Shown: positions 29,520 to 38,972, counted from the first letter of the stretch. The stretch is DNA of 64,000 nt from an uncultured Acidobacteriota bacterium (GCA_963700145.1 OY969474.1:5056001-5120000); one strand, 5' to 3'. Notes: a model not told the origin generated them from the letters alone. Numbers and translations are program-made.

Positions 29520-30542
29520 GTGATCTTCCTCGACGAGGCCGTCCTCCACGTCCGCGGCGGACGGGGCGGGAACGGCTGTGTCGCCTTCCGGCGCGAGAAG
29601 TACGTGCCGCGCGGCGGTCCCTCGGGCGGCGACGGCGGCCACGGCGGCGCCGTCTACCTGGCCGGCGAGGCGCCGCGCAACACCCTCTACCACCTACAGT
29701 TCCAGTCCCTCTACGCCGCCGAGCGCGGGCGCCACGGCGAGGGCTCGAACTGCACCGGCCGCTCGGGCGAGGACCTGGTCGTCCCGGTGCCCCTGGGCAC
29801 CCGCGTCCACGACGCGGCGAGCGGCGAGCTCCTGGGCGAGCTGCTGCACGACGGCGAGCGCCTCCTGGTCGCCAAGGGCGGCCGCGGTGGCCGCGGCAAC
29901 GCCCGCTTCGCCACCGCCACCGACCAGGCGCCGCGCCGCCACGAGCCGGGGACGGAGGGGGAGGAGCGGCGGCTGCGGCTCGAGCTCAAGCTCCTGGCCG
30001 ACGTCGGCATCGTGGGGCTGCCGAACGCCGGCAAGTCGACACTCATCAGCGTCATCTCCCAGGCCCGGCCAAAGATCGCCGACTACCCGTTTACGACGCT
30101 CGTGCCGCAGCTCGGCGTCGTCGCCGAGGGACCGCTCGCCGAGCCCTTCGTCGTCGCCGACCTGCCGGGGCTGATCGCCGGCGCGGCGCAGGGAGCGGGG
30201 CTGGGCGTCCAGTTCCTGCGCCACGTCGAGCGCTGCCGCGTCCTGGTGCAGCTCGTCGACCTGTCGCAGCCGGAAGGGAGCGCGCGCGAGGACTTCGAGA
30301 CCGTGGAGCGCGAGCTCGCGGCCTTCAACCCGGAGCTCCTGGAGCGGCCGCGGCTGGTCGTCGGCAGCAAGCTCGATGCGGCGCTCCCCGAGCGGCGCCG
30401 AGAGCTGGCGGCGCTCGCCGCCGAGCACGGCCTGCCGCATCTGGAGCTGAGCGCCGCGACCGGGGAGGGGGTGCCACGCCTGGTTTCCGAGCTGTCGCGG
30501 CGGCTGCAGGCGGCGCGCGGCCTCGCCGGGGTGACGCGATGA
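29520..30542 (+). CDS. obgE: GTPase Obg
   Basis: Gly-rich Obg domain; GLPNAGKST, DYPFTTL, DLPG motifs. Confidence 0.97.
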   Translation: MIFLDEAVLHVRGGRGGNGCVAFRREKYVPRGGPSGGDGGHGGAVYLAGEAPRNTLYHLQFQSLYAAERGRHGEGSNCTGRSGEDLVVPVPLGTRVHDAASGELLGELLHDGERLLVAKGGRGGRGNARFATATDQAPRRHEPGTEGEERRLRLELKLLADVGIVGLPNAGKSTLISVISQARPKIADYPFTTLVPQLGVVAEGPLAEPFVVADLPGLIAGAAQGAGLGVQFLRHVERCRVLVQLVDLSQPEGSAREDFETVERELAAFNPELLERPRLVVGSKLDAALPERRRELAALAAEHGLPHLELSAATGEGVPRLVSELSRRLQAARGLAGVTR

Positions 30543-31165
30543 AGCTCGGCCTCTTCGGCGGCACCTTCGACCCGATCCACCGCGGCCACGTCGAGCCGGT
30601 GAAGGCGGCGCGCCGGGCGCTGGGGCTCGACCGCGTCGTCTACCTGCCGACCGCCCTGCCGCCGCACAAGCCGAAGGCGGAGCTCGCGCCGGCCTACGCG
30701 CGCTACGCGATGGTCGAGCTGGCGCTGCTCGGCGAGGAGGGGCTCTACGCGGACCCTTACGAGCTGACGCTCGACCGGCCGGCCTACACGGTCGAGACCC
30801 TCGAACGCTTCCGGCGCGAGCAGCCGGACACCGAGCTTTTCCTGCTGCTCGGCGCCGACTCGTACCTGGAGCTGCCGACCTGGAAGCGGTGGGAGGAGAT
30901 CCTGCAGCTGGCGGAGGTCGTCGTCCTGGCGCGGCCGGGCTGGGACGTCGAGGCGGCGCTCGCCGGCGCCGGTATCGAGGACCGCGACCGGCGCGAGCTG
31001 GCGGGCTACCTCGACGAGCGCGCCGCGCTCCTCCTCGCGCAGTCGCCCGTGGACGTCTCGGCGAGCGAGATCCGCGCCCGCCTCGCCGCCGGTGAGGCGC
31101 CGCCGTCCGGGGCGCTCCACCCCCTGGTGTTAGACTACGTCCGCAAGTACAACCTCTATCGATGA
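30539..31165 (+). CDS. nadD: Nicotinate-nucleotide adenylyltransferase
   Basis: FGGTFDPIHRGH, PPHK, LGADS, SASEIR, NLY motifs. Confidence 0.96.
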   Translation: MKLGLFGGTFDPIHRGHVEPVKAARRALGLDRVVYLPTALPPHKPKAELAPAYARYAMVELALLGEEGLYADPYELTLDRPAYTVETLERFRREQPDTELFLLLGADSYLELPTWKRWEEILQLAEVVVLARPGWDVEAALAGAGIEDRDRRELAGYLDERAALLLAQSPVDVSASEIRARLAAGEAPPSGALHPLVLDYVRKYNLYR

Positions 31166-31548
31166 CGGCCGGCGCGGAAGCAATCCCAGACACCGACTCC
31201 CGAGCTCGCGACGCCGTCTCCGCGGCCCTCGACCGCAAGGCGCAGGACCTGCGCGTCCTCCACCTCGGGCGCGTCACCGACTTCACCGACTACTTCCTGA
31301 TCTGCAGCGGCACCAGCGACCGCCAGGTGCAGGCGATCGCCGACGCCATCCAGGAGCGGCTGCGCGCCGAGAAGGTCCGGCCGCTGCACGTCGAGGGCTA
31401 CAACCGCGCCCAGTGGGTGCTGCTCGACTACGGCGACCTGGTCGTGCACGTCTTCCAGGAGGAGCCGCGCCGCTTCTACGCCCTCGAGCGCCTCTGGGGA
31501 GACGCCCCCGACGTGACCGACACCTTCCGCCCCGCCGCGACCGCCTGA
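31162..31548 (+). CDS. rsfS: Ribosome silencing factor
   Basis: DYFLICSGTSDRQV, WVLLDYGDLVVHVF, FYALERLW motifs. Confidence 0.97.
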   Translation: MTAGAEAIPDTDSRARDAVSAALDRKAQDLRVLHLGRVTDFTDYFLICSGTSDRQVQAIADAIQERLRAEKVRPLHVEGYNRAQWVLLDYGDLVVHVFQEEPRRFYALERLWGDAPDVTDTFRPAATA

Positions 31549-31574
31549 GGGCGGGCGCCGCCGCCGGACCTCCG

Positions 31575-32498
31575 ATGCCCCCGGCCGCCCCCGGCCTCGC
31601 GCTGCCCGAGCTCCTCGCCGGCGCTCCGGCGCTCGCCGCCGCGCTCCCCGGCGTCGAGCGCGCCGCTGCGACCGACCTGCCCGTGCTCCTCCTGGGCGAG
31701 CCGGGGAGCGGCCGCTCGACCCTGGCCCGCGCCCTCCACGCCGCCGGCCCGCGCGCCGCGGGGCCGCTCGTCGAGGTCGACCCCGGCGCCTTTCCGAGCG
31801 CGCTCTTCGAGAGCGAGCTCTTCGGCTACCGCCCCGGCGCCTTCACCGGCGCCGAGCGCGAGAGCGAGGGGCGCGTGGCGCGCGCCGCGGGCGGGACGCT
31901 GGTGCTCGACCACGTCGAGGAGCTGCCGCTGGCCGCCCAGCCGAAGCTCCTCCGCCTCCTCGCCGAGCGCCGCTACGCCCCGCTCGGCGGCCGCGAAGAG
32001 GAGGCGGACGTGCGCTTCCTGGCGATCGCCGCCGAGGACCTACCGGCGCGCGCCGCGCGCGGGCTCTTCCGCCCCGACCTCTTCTACCGCCTGGAGGTGC
32101 TGGCCTTCCGTCTGCCGTCCCTGCGCGAGCGGCGGGAGGACCTGCCGGCGCTCGCCGAGCGCCTCCTCGCCGACTTGGGGGAACGGCTCGGCCGGCCGGC
32201 GCCGCGGCTCGCCGCCGGGGCGCTCGACTGGATGCTGGCGCACCCCTGGCCGGGCAACGTCCGCCAGCTCCGCAACGTCCTCGAGCGCGGGCTGGTAATG
32301 GCCGCCGGCGCCGAGGTGGACCCGCCGCGCCCGGAAGGGTGGGAGGGGGAGCGGCCGCGCCGGCTGGCGGCGGTCGAGGAGGCGGAGATCCGCCGCGCGC
32401 TGGCCTACACGCGCGGCCACCAGGGGCGGGCGGCGGAGCTCCTGGGGATCAGCCGCAAGTCGCTCTGGGAGAGGCGGCGGCGCCTGGGGATCCCCTGA
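31575..32498 (+). CDS. Sigma54-interacting AAA+ / Fis-HTH protein with no sensory domain and degenerate Walker motifs
   Basis: GEPGSGRS, ESELFGY.PGAFTGA, LVLDHVEEL, FRPDLFYRL, WPGNVRQLRN, AAELLGISR. Confidence 0.85.
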   Translation: MPPAAPGLALPELLAGAPALAAALPGVERAAATDLPVLLLGEPGSGRSTLARALHAAGPRAAGPLVEVDPGAFPSALFESELFGYRPGAFTGAERESEGRVARAAGGTLVLDHVEELPLAAQPKLLRLLAERRYAPLGGREEEADVRFLAIAAEDLPARAARGLFRPDLFYRLEVLAFRLPSLRERREDLPALAERLLADLGERLGRPAPRLAAGALDWMLAHPWPGNVRQLRNVLERGLVMAAGAEVDPPRPEGWEGERPRRLAAVEEAEIRRALAYTRGHQGRAAELLGISRKSLWERRRRLGIP

Positions 32499-32902
32499 TG
32501 GGCGAGCGGGTGCTGCATCCCGATCTGACCGCGGAGGAGCGGCGGAAGCTGGTCTGGGAGGGGATCGAGCGCTTCAACGCCGGGCGCTTTTACGACGCGC
32601 ACGAGTCGTGGGAGGAGGTCTGGAGGTCGACGACGCCGGAGCCGAAGGACCTCTTCCAGGGCTTGGTGCAGGTCGCCGCCGGGATGCACCACGTGCTCGA
32701 CCGCGCCGCGCCCGAGCCGGGCCGGCGAGTGCTCGGCAAGGGGCGCCGGCGGCTGGAGCCGCTGGGGGCGGTTTGCTGCGGAATGGATCTGACGGCGCTC
32801 GTCGGTGCCGTGGTTGCTTGGGAGGACTGGCTGGAGAAAGGCGCCGATCCCGCGCCTACACCGCCCTCTGTTCAGGTGCTCGACCCTACCCAGGTCCGCT
32901 GA
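32498..32902 (+). CDS. DUF309 family protein
   Basis: GIERFNAGRFYDAHESWEEVW...FQGLVQVAAGMHH; TGATG overlap. Confidence 0.88.
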   Translation: MGERVLHPDLTAEERRKLVWEGIERFNAGRFYDAHESWEEVWRSTTPEPKDLFQGLVQVAAGMHHVLDRAAPEPGRRVLGKGRRRLEPLGAVCCGMDLTALVGAVVAWEDWLEKGADPAPTPPSVQVLDPTQVR

Positions 32903-32931
32903 GGTGAGCTAAGAGGCTTGCTGCGGCCGTT

Positions 32932-33115
32932 CCGGTGTGGGGTCCCGCAGGTCTCCTCCGCGCCGGGCGCTCCTTTGTGTCCGCGCTTCGCGTGCTGGTA
33001 CAGGAGGGTGTTGCCGGCAAACACGGCGGTGGCTCCGGCGCCTCGCACGGTGGACTGCCAGGGGGGGCGGACGGAGCGCCCGGCGCTCCAGAGATCCTGC
33101 GGGCCCTAGAACCGG
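32932..33115. ncRNA. Candidate rod-shaped structured RNA (6S-like geometry) or long palindromic element
   Basis: Nested complementary blocks: CCGGT/ACCGG, CCCGCAGG/CCTGCGGG, GCGCCGGGCGCTCC/GGAGCGCCCGGCGC, GTCCGC/GCGGAC, CGTGC/GCACG, GTGTT/AACAC; about 184 nt, intergenic. Confidence 0.35.
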
Positions 33116-33157
33116 CGGTGGAGCCACCTGCGGAGAGGGTGCCCATGCCGCCCCTCC

Positions 33158-33262
33158 TGTCATCCCGAGCGTGAGCGAGGGATCTGGGGGCGGGGTGGCG
33201 CGAAGACCCACCAGCATCGCACCGCCCCCCACCCAGATCCTTCGCTCTCGCTCAGGATGACA
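33158..33262. repeat. REP-like palindromic element (copy 2)
   Basis: TGTCATCCCGAGCGTGAGCGAGGGATCTGGG...CCCAGATCCTTCGCTCTCGCTCAGGATGACA; matches 2654-2741. Confidence 0.8.
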
Positions 33263-33344
33263 AGGGGAGGGTGCTCTGTCTTTTCTCTGCCGGACGTCAC
33301 TTCAGAGATTCGAGTCATGGCGCCGCGTGATGTGCCGGGCCAGA

Positions 33345-33469
33345 GGCCCGCGAAGCGGCGCGTTCCGGTGCGGGGGCCACTGCCGTACGCGAACGAAGCC
33401 GACCTGACTCGTCCACCACTGCCTCTCCCAACCAGGAACCCGCGAAGCGGGCGCGCCTCTTCGCGGGCC
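33345..33469. repeat. Second type of palindromic element (CCCGCGAAG arms)
   Basis: GGCCCGCGAAG at 33345, CCCGCGAAGCGGGCG at about 33439, and the inverted CTTCGCGGGCC at 33459-33469. Confidence 0.45.
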
Positions 33470-33531
33470 GGGTGGCCCGGCATCTCACGCGGCACTATCC
33501 GCCCCGCGCGGAACTCCTGGGTGGGGGAAAG

Positions 33532-34578
33532 CTAAGCGCCTTGGTCGCGGGTGAGGGGCCGGCGGACGCCGCTCTCCAGCAGCGAATCGAAGAGCTCGGC
33601 AGGCAGGGAGAGGCCGGGGTGGACGTGGCGGTAGCGCTCGCGGAGGCGGCGAAGCTCGACTTCGGGGAGGCGGGCGAAGGCTTCGACGATGTCGGGGTCG
33701 AGCTGCGTCCCCGCCACCTTCTGCAGCTCCGCCACCGCCGCCGCGTGCCCGCGCGCCCGGCGGTAGGGGCGGTCCGAAGTGATCGCGTCGTACGTGTCCA
33801 CCACCGCGAAGATCCGCGCCGTCAGTGGGATCGCCGCGCCGGACAGCCCGCGCGGGTAACCTGCCCCGTCCCAGCGCTCGTGGTGCGAATAGACGATGTC
33901 GATCGCCGCCTGCTGCAGAAACCGCACCTCGGCCAGCATCTCGAAGCCCCAGCCCGGGTGCTGCCGCATCACCAGCCAGTCCCCGGTCGACAGCGGCCCA
34001 CCCTTGCGCAGCACCGCGTCCGGCACCACCATCTTGCCGAGATCGTGCAGCAGCGCCCCCCACTCGATCGACTTGAGCAGCGACCGCTCCACCCCCAGCG
34101 CCCGCGCCAGCGTCACCGCGTAGGCGGCGACGCGGAACGAGTGGCCGGTGATCTCGTGGTCGCGCGCGTCGACCGCCGTCACCACCGTCCCCAGCGCCTC
34201 GACGTACGAGCGCTCGCGCGCCTCCAGCGACTCCTCCAGCGTGCGCAGCAGCCGCCGCAGCGTGTGCTCGATCGGCTGCACCGCCGGGCCCCCGCCGGCG
34301 CTCTCGAAGTCGCTCTTGAGCTCGCCGGTGTCGGCCATGCGCGAGATCGTGGCGACCAGGCGGGAGAGGTGGAGCGCCTGCCGGCGCACCGCCAGGAAGG
34401 CGATCTGCGCGGCGAGGACGGCGCCGAGCAGGAGGACGACGACGAGGGTGCCGCGCACGCCCGGCGCCGGCTCCCCGGCCTCGGCAGCGCCGAGGCGCTG
34501 CAGCAGCAGCACGGTCTCGACCGCGAAGGCGGCGGCGGTGAGAACGAGGGCGGTAAGGCAGGCGGCGGAGCAGCGCAT
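33532..34578 (-). CDS. Membrane-anchored HD-GYP cyclic di-nucleotide phosphodiesterase
   Basis: Two TM helices; GHSFRV, LLHDLGK, HHERWDGAGYPRGL, DAITSDRPYR motifs. Confidence 0.92.
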   Translation of the reverse strand: MRCSAACLTALVLTAAAFAVETVLLLQRLGAAEAGEPAPGVRGTLVVVLLLGAVLAAQIAFLAVRRQALHLSRLVATISRMADTGELKSDFESAGGGPAVQPIEHTLRRLLRTLEESLEARERSYVEALGTVVTAVDARDHEITGHSFRVAAYAVTLARALGVERSLLKSIEWGALLHDLGKMVVPDAVLRKGGPLSTGDWLVMRQHPGWGFEMLAEVRFLQQAAIDIVYSHHERWDGAGYPRGLSGAAIPLTARIFAVVDTYDAITSDRPYRRARGHAAAVAELQKVAGTQLDPDIVEAFARLPEVELRRLRERYRHVHPGLSLPAELFDSLLESGVRRPLTRDQGA

Positions 34579-34754
34579 CCCGGGGGCTTTAAGAGAATAC
34601 GTCAATTTGCGCGATCCCTGTGGTCGGTCGTGCGCGCGAGACCCCTCCTTCTTGGCGCATGGCTCTACTGGTACGAGTGCCGCCGGGAGCGCGGAGCGGG
34701 ACGCCGTCGCCGCGGGCCGGAACTTGTTGCCTGCGCTCGCTATCATGGCGCTCC

Positions 34755-36197
34755 GTGCTCGCCCTGGTTGCCGCGGGACTGCTCGCCGCTCTCGCCCCCG
34801 CCGCCCCTCCCGCTGCACCTCGGCCCCAGTGGGTCACCGCGCCGGCCCCCGCGGTTCAAGAGATGGCGCAGGGGCTCGCCGGTTTCGGCCCCCGGCCGGC
34901 GGGCTCGGCGGCGCACGAAGCGGCCGCCGTCTGGCTGCTGGCGACCATGCGCGCCGCCGGTCTCGAGCAAGTGCGCGCCTGGCCGCTCCCCGGGCGCCCC
35001 CGGCTGCGCAACCTGATCGGCGTCGTACCCGGGGAGCCCGGCGGCGGCGAAGTTCTCCTCACGGCGCACTACGACACCGTCCCGGCGAGCCCCGGCGCCG
35101 GCGACGACGCCTCGGGGTGCGCCGTGGCCATCGCCGCCGCCGCCGAGCTGCGGCGGACGCCGCTCCGCCACACCGTCCGCGTCGTCCTCTTCGACGGCGA
35201 GGAGGACGGCCTGCACGGCAGCCGCGCCTTCCTGCGCGCCCGCGGGCAGGCCGGCCGCGACGCGACCCTCGCCGTCTTGAACCTCGAGATGTTGGGATGG
35301 CGCGAGAGCCCGGGGGCGACGATCCTCGCCTGGGGGGTGCCGCGCGACGGCCGCCTGGCGCAGCCGCCGGCCTGGCTGGTGCACGCCCTGCTGCGCGCCG
35401 GCGAGGCGGTGGATTGGCCGCTGGCGCTCACCGACCCGACGGTGCCGCTGCTCTCGCAGCTCCTCGTGCGCTCGACCCGCCCGGCCTTCGGCAGCGACGC
35501 CGATCCCTTCATCGCCGCCGGCGTGCCCGCGGTGACCGTCTCGGACAGCCCGCTCCTCGCGCTCGACCCGGCGTACCACACCGCCGCGGACACCGCCGAG
35601 CGCCTCGACGCCGCGCGCCTGGCGCGCTGGACGGAGGCGACGGCCGCCGCCGTGCGCCGGCTCGACGCCCTCGCCGGCCGGCCGGTGCCGGAGGACCGCT
35701 ACCTCGTCGGCCTGGGCCGCGTCTGGCTGCACCGCGACCTGCTCTGGGTCGGCTTCCTGCTCTGGGCGCTCCTCGTCGTGCGCGGCCTCGCCGGCCGCCG
35801 CCGCCGGCGCGACGCTCCGCCCGAGGAGCGGCTGGCGGCGCAGCGGCGGGGGCTCCCGGCGTTCGTCTTCCGCGCCCTGCTGCTCGCGGCGGTGGTGACG
35901 GCGCCGGTCTTCGCGGTGCTCCTCTGGCCGGCCGCCGCGCTTGCGGCATGGCTGCCGCGCCGCCGCGCGCTGCGCCTGCTCTGGACGGGGCTGGCGGCCC
36001 TGCCCGCCGCCGCTTACGCCGCGACGCTCCTCTACGCCTGGGGGAAGGGCCTCGTCGGCCCCTGGGCGCCGCCCCTCCCCGGCTTCGCCTTCGTCGCCGC
36101 GGCCCTCGCCGCCTTCCTCTACCTCTGCGCGCGCGAGGAAGCTGCCAGCTCCGCCAGCAGCCCGATCGCCCGGTCGCACTCCTCCTCGGAGGTGTAG
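34755..36197 (+). CDS. M28 family peptidase with C-terminal TM helices
   Basis: AHYDT, GAGDDASG, FDGEEDGLHGS, SD..PF, YHTAADT motifs; start uncertain (34620-34755). Confidence 0.82.
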   Translation: MLALVAAGLLAALAPAAPPAAPRPQWVTAPAPAVQEMAQGLAGFGPRPAGSAAHEAAAVWLLATMRAAGLEQVRAWPLPGRPRLRNLIGVVPGEPGGGEVLLTAHYDTVPASPGAGDDASGCAVAIAAAAELRRTPLRHTVRVVLFDGEEDGLHGSRAFLRARGQAGRDATLAVLNLEMLGWRESPGATILAWGVPRDGRLAQPPAWLVHALLRAGEAVDWPLALTDPTVPLLSQLLVRSTRPAFGSDADPFIAAGVPAVTVSDSPLLALDPAYHTAADTAERLDAARLARWTEATAAAVRRLDALAGRPVPEDRYLVGLGRVWLHRDLLWVGFLLWALLVVRGLAGRRRRRDAPPEERLAAQRRGLPAFVFRALLLAAVVTAPVFAVLLWPAAALAAWLPRRRALRLLWTGLAALPAAAYAATLLYAWGKGLVGPWAPPLPGFAFVAAALAAFLYLCAREEAASSASSPIARSHSSSEV

Positions 36198-37315
36198 AAG
36201 TGCGGCGCCAGGCGGATGCCCGCGCCCGGGCGGAAGTCGCAGATGACCTCGCGCGAGAGGAGCTCGCGGCAGAGCCGCTCGCCGTCGGGGTGCCAGACGG
36301 TGACGGTGCCGCCGCGCCGCTCCAGGTCGCGCGGCGAGCGCACCTCGAAGCCGGCGGCCAGCGCCGCGTCGACGAGCCGGCCGGTCAACGCCAGCGACCG
36401 CTCGCGGATGCGCCGCGCCCCGACCGCGGCGACGATCCGGTAGCCCGGCCGGCAGGCGTAGAGGGCCGGGACGTTCGGCGTGCCGGTGAGGAAGCGCCAG
36501 GCGCCGGCGGCCGGCCGGATCGGCCCGGAGCGGAAGGCGAAGGGCTCCTCGTCGGCCTGCCAGCCGGTCAGCGCCGGCGCCAGCCGTCCGGCCAGGTCGG
36601 GGCGGACCCAGAGGTAGCCCGCGCCCGGCCCGCCGCACAGCCACTTGACCGAGCCGCCGACCGCGGCGTCCACGCCCCAGGCCGCGAGCTCCAGCGGCAG
36701 CGAGCCGGTCGACTGGTAGACGTCGAGGAGGAGGAGGGCGCCGGCCTCGCGGCAGCGGCGGGCGATCGCCGCGGCGTCCTGCACCCAGGCGCTCTTGAAG
36801 AGGACGTGGGAGACGGCGACCAGGCGGGTGCGCTCGTCGATCGCGGCGAGCAGGCGGTCGGTCTCGACGCCGAGGCCGTCCTCGCCGGCCGGCACCGTCA
36901 CCACCTCCGCCCCCTTCCGCCGCTCCCCGTCGACGAGGTAGAGGAGAGTGGGGAAGTCGAGGTCGGTGGTGACGACGCGGTTGCGCTGCGGCGGGTAGTC
37001 GAGGCAGGAGAGGAAGACCCCCGCCGCGACGGTGACGTTCTGGTGCATCGAGACCTCGCCGGGGCCGACGCCGAGGAGAGGCGCCAGGAGGTCGCCGGTC
37101 GTGACCGGCATCTCCCACCACCCCTCGTGCCAGGCGCGCACGCCGCGCTCCTCCCAGGCGCGGGCGTAGGCGGCCAGCTCGGCGTGGACGCCGCGCGGCA
37201 TCGCGCCCAAGGAGTTGCTGATCAGGTAGGTGGTGCGGGCGAGGATCGGAAACTCCTCGCGCAGGGCGAGCAAACCGAGGTCCGGGCTCATCGGCTCGGT
37301 GACAAGGAGGTTCAT
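36119..37315 (-). CDS. Kynureninase-like class V PLP enzyme
   Basis: YLISNSLGAMP, DVYQS, GGSVKWLCGGPG, TGW motifs; ATGA overlap with the amidohydrolase. Confidence 0.85.
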   Translation of the reverse strand: MNLLVTEPMSPDLGLLALREEFPILARTTYLISNSLGAMPRGVHAELAAYARAWEERGVRAWHEGWWEMPVTTGDLLAPLLGVGPGEVSMHQNVTVAAGVFLSCLDYPPQRNRVVTTDLDFPTLLYLVDGERRKGAEVVTVPAGEDGLGVETDRLLAAIDERTRLVAVSHVLFKSAWVQDAAAIARRCREAGALLLLDVYQSTGSLPLELAAWGVDAAVGGSVKWLCGGPGAGYLWVRPDLAGRLAPALTGWQADEEPFAFRSGPIRPAAGAWRFLTGTPNVPALYACRPGYRIVAAVGARRIRERSLALTGRLVDAALAAGFEVRSPRDLERRGGTVTVWHPDGERLCRELLSREVICDFRPGAGIRLAPHFYTSEEECDRAIGLLAELAASSRAQR

Positions 37316-38196
37316 TCCTTCCACCCGAAGATCTTGTAGGCATTGGCCCGCAGGACCTTGCGCACCACCGCGTCAGGGAGTCCAAGCGCCAGAAAGTCCT
37401 GGATGTTTTCCCCGAGATCGCGCACCCCCGGGCTCGGCCAGTCGGTCCCCCAGAGGACCTTGTCGGCGATCTCCGGCAGGCGCGGCAGGTACTGGAGGAG
37501 CCGCTTCGGCGGGATGCCCGAGACGTCGAGGTAGACGTTGGGGTGCCGGCGGGCCAGGAAGAAGCACGTCTCCATGTAGAGCGGCCGGCCGGCGTGCGCG
37601 AGGATGAGCGTCAGGTCGGGGAAGTCCACCGCCACGTCGTCGCAGGGCATCGGGTCGGCGAAGCGGTTGCGGGCGCCGGGGAAGACCGAGGTGCCGGTGT
37701 GGACCATGACCGGCATCCCGAGCGCCTGCGCCGTCTCGTAGACCCGGCCGAGCCCGGGCAGGTCGAAGAGGTAGGCGTTGGCCGCGTGCTCCTGGTGCGG
37801 CGGGTGGACCTTCAAGCCGCGGATCCCCAGCTCGCGCAGCCGCTCCACCTCGCCGCCGGGGTCGTCGACGTGACGCGGGTGGACGCCGCCGAAGGGGATC
37901 AGCCGGTCGGGCGCGTGGCGGGCGATCCCGGCCACGAAGTAATTCACCGCCGCGGTGAAGCCCATCAGGTCGGGCGCGACGTAGTTGATCATCGCGATCC
38001 GCTCGACCCCCGCCCGGTCCATCCGCGCCAGGATCTCGTCGGGGCGCCGCATCAGCGCCGCGAGCGCCGCCTGCTCGGCCGGGTCCTTGCCGATCTTCGC
38101 CCGCGCCTCCGGGCGCATCTCCTCCCAGGGCTGGATGTGGACGTGGAGGTCGATGACCGGCACCGGCGGCCGCACGGCCGCGGCCGCCTCCCGCAC
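37312..38196 (-). CDS. Amidohydrolase_2 family metal-dependent hydrolase
   Basis: IDLHVH, GLKVHP, VHTG, LAHAG, WGTDWP motifs; GTG start abutting the upstream stop. Confidence 0.88.
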   Translation of the reverse strand: MREAAAAVRPPVPVIDLHVHIQPWEEMRPEARAKIGKDPAEQAALAALMRRPDEILARMDRAGVERIAMINYVAPDLMGFTAAVNYFVAGIARHAPDRLIPFGGVHPRHVDDPGGEVERLRELGIRGLKVHPPHQEHAANAYLFDLPGLGRVYETAQALGMPVMVHTGTSVFPGARNRFADPMPCDDVAVDFPDLTLILAHAGRPLYMETCFFLARRHPNVYLDVSGIPPKRLLQYLPRLPEIADKVLWGTDWPSPGVRDLGENIQDFLALGLPDAVVRKVLRANAYKIFGWKE

Positions 38197-38972
38197 TAGC
38201 GCCCCTTCCACTGCGCCGGCCGCTTCTCCAGGAAGGCCGCCACCCCTTCCGCCTTGTCCTCGGTCGAGAAGAGGAGGCAGAAGAGGTCGCGCTCGTAGAG
38301 GATCCCCTCCTCGATGGCCAGCCGCTGGCTGGCGCGCACCGACTCCTTGGCGATCTTGAGCGTCAGCGGGCTCCTGCCGGCGATCTTGGCCGCCAGCTCG
38401 AAGGTCTTCGCCCGCAGCTCCTCGTGCGGCACGACGAGCTCGACCAAGCCGATCTCCTTGGCCTCGGCGGCGCCGATCATGTCGCCGCTCAGGACCAGCC
38501 GCATCGCGTGCCCGAGCCCGACCAGCCGCGGCAGCCGCTGGGTGCCGCCGCCGCCGGGGATGAGACCCAGGTTGATCTCCGGCTGGCCGAAGCGGGCCTT
38601 GTCCGAGGCCACCCGCAGGTCGCAGGAGAGGGCCAGCTCGCAGCCGCCGCCCAGGCAGAAGCCGTTGATCATGGCGATGACCGGCTTGGGGAAGAGCGCC
38701 ATCGCCTCGAAGATGCGCGGCGGGCGCATGGCGTGCCGCTGGTCGAGCGGGGTGCGGCCGGCGAACTCGCCGATGTCGGCGCCGGCGACGAACGACTTCT
38801 CGCCCGCGCCGGTCAGGACGACGACGCCCACGCCGGCGTCGGCCTCCAGCTCGGCGAGGGCGGCGAGCAGCTCCTCGCGCACCTGCTCGTTGAGGGCGTT
38901 GAGCTTGTCGGGTCGGTTGAAGGTCAGCAGCGCGACGCGCCCCTCGCGCTCCAGCAGGATGGTCTCGGGCAT
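38196..38972 (-). CDS. Enoyl-CoA hydratase/isomerase
   Basis: FVAGADI, GGGCELA, GQPEINLG, PGGGGTQRL motifs. Confidence 0.95.
   Translation of the reverse strand: MPETILLEREGRVALLTFNRPDKLNALNEQVREELLAALAELEADAGVGVVVLTGAGEKSFVAGADIGEFAGRTPLDQRHAMRPPRIFEAMALFPKPVIAMINGFCLGGGCELALSCDLRVASDKARFGQPEINLGLIPGGGGTQRLPRLVGLGHAMRLVLSGDMIGAAEAKEIGLVELVVPHEELRAKTFELAAKIAGRSPLTLKIAKESVRASQRLAIEEGILYERDLFCLLFSTEDKAEGVAAFLEKRPAQWKGR

Noticed and set aside
36119-36197. 79-bp convergent overlap of the M28 peptidase and the kynureninase-like gene
   Set aside because: Stop-codon drift is common in GC-rich genomes, and there is no sign of function.
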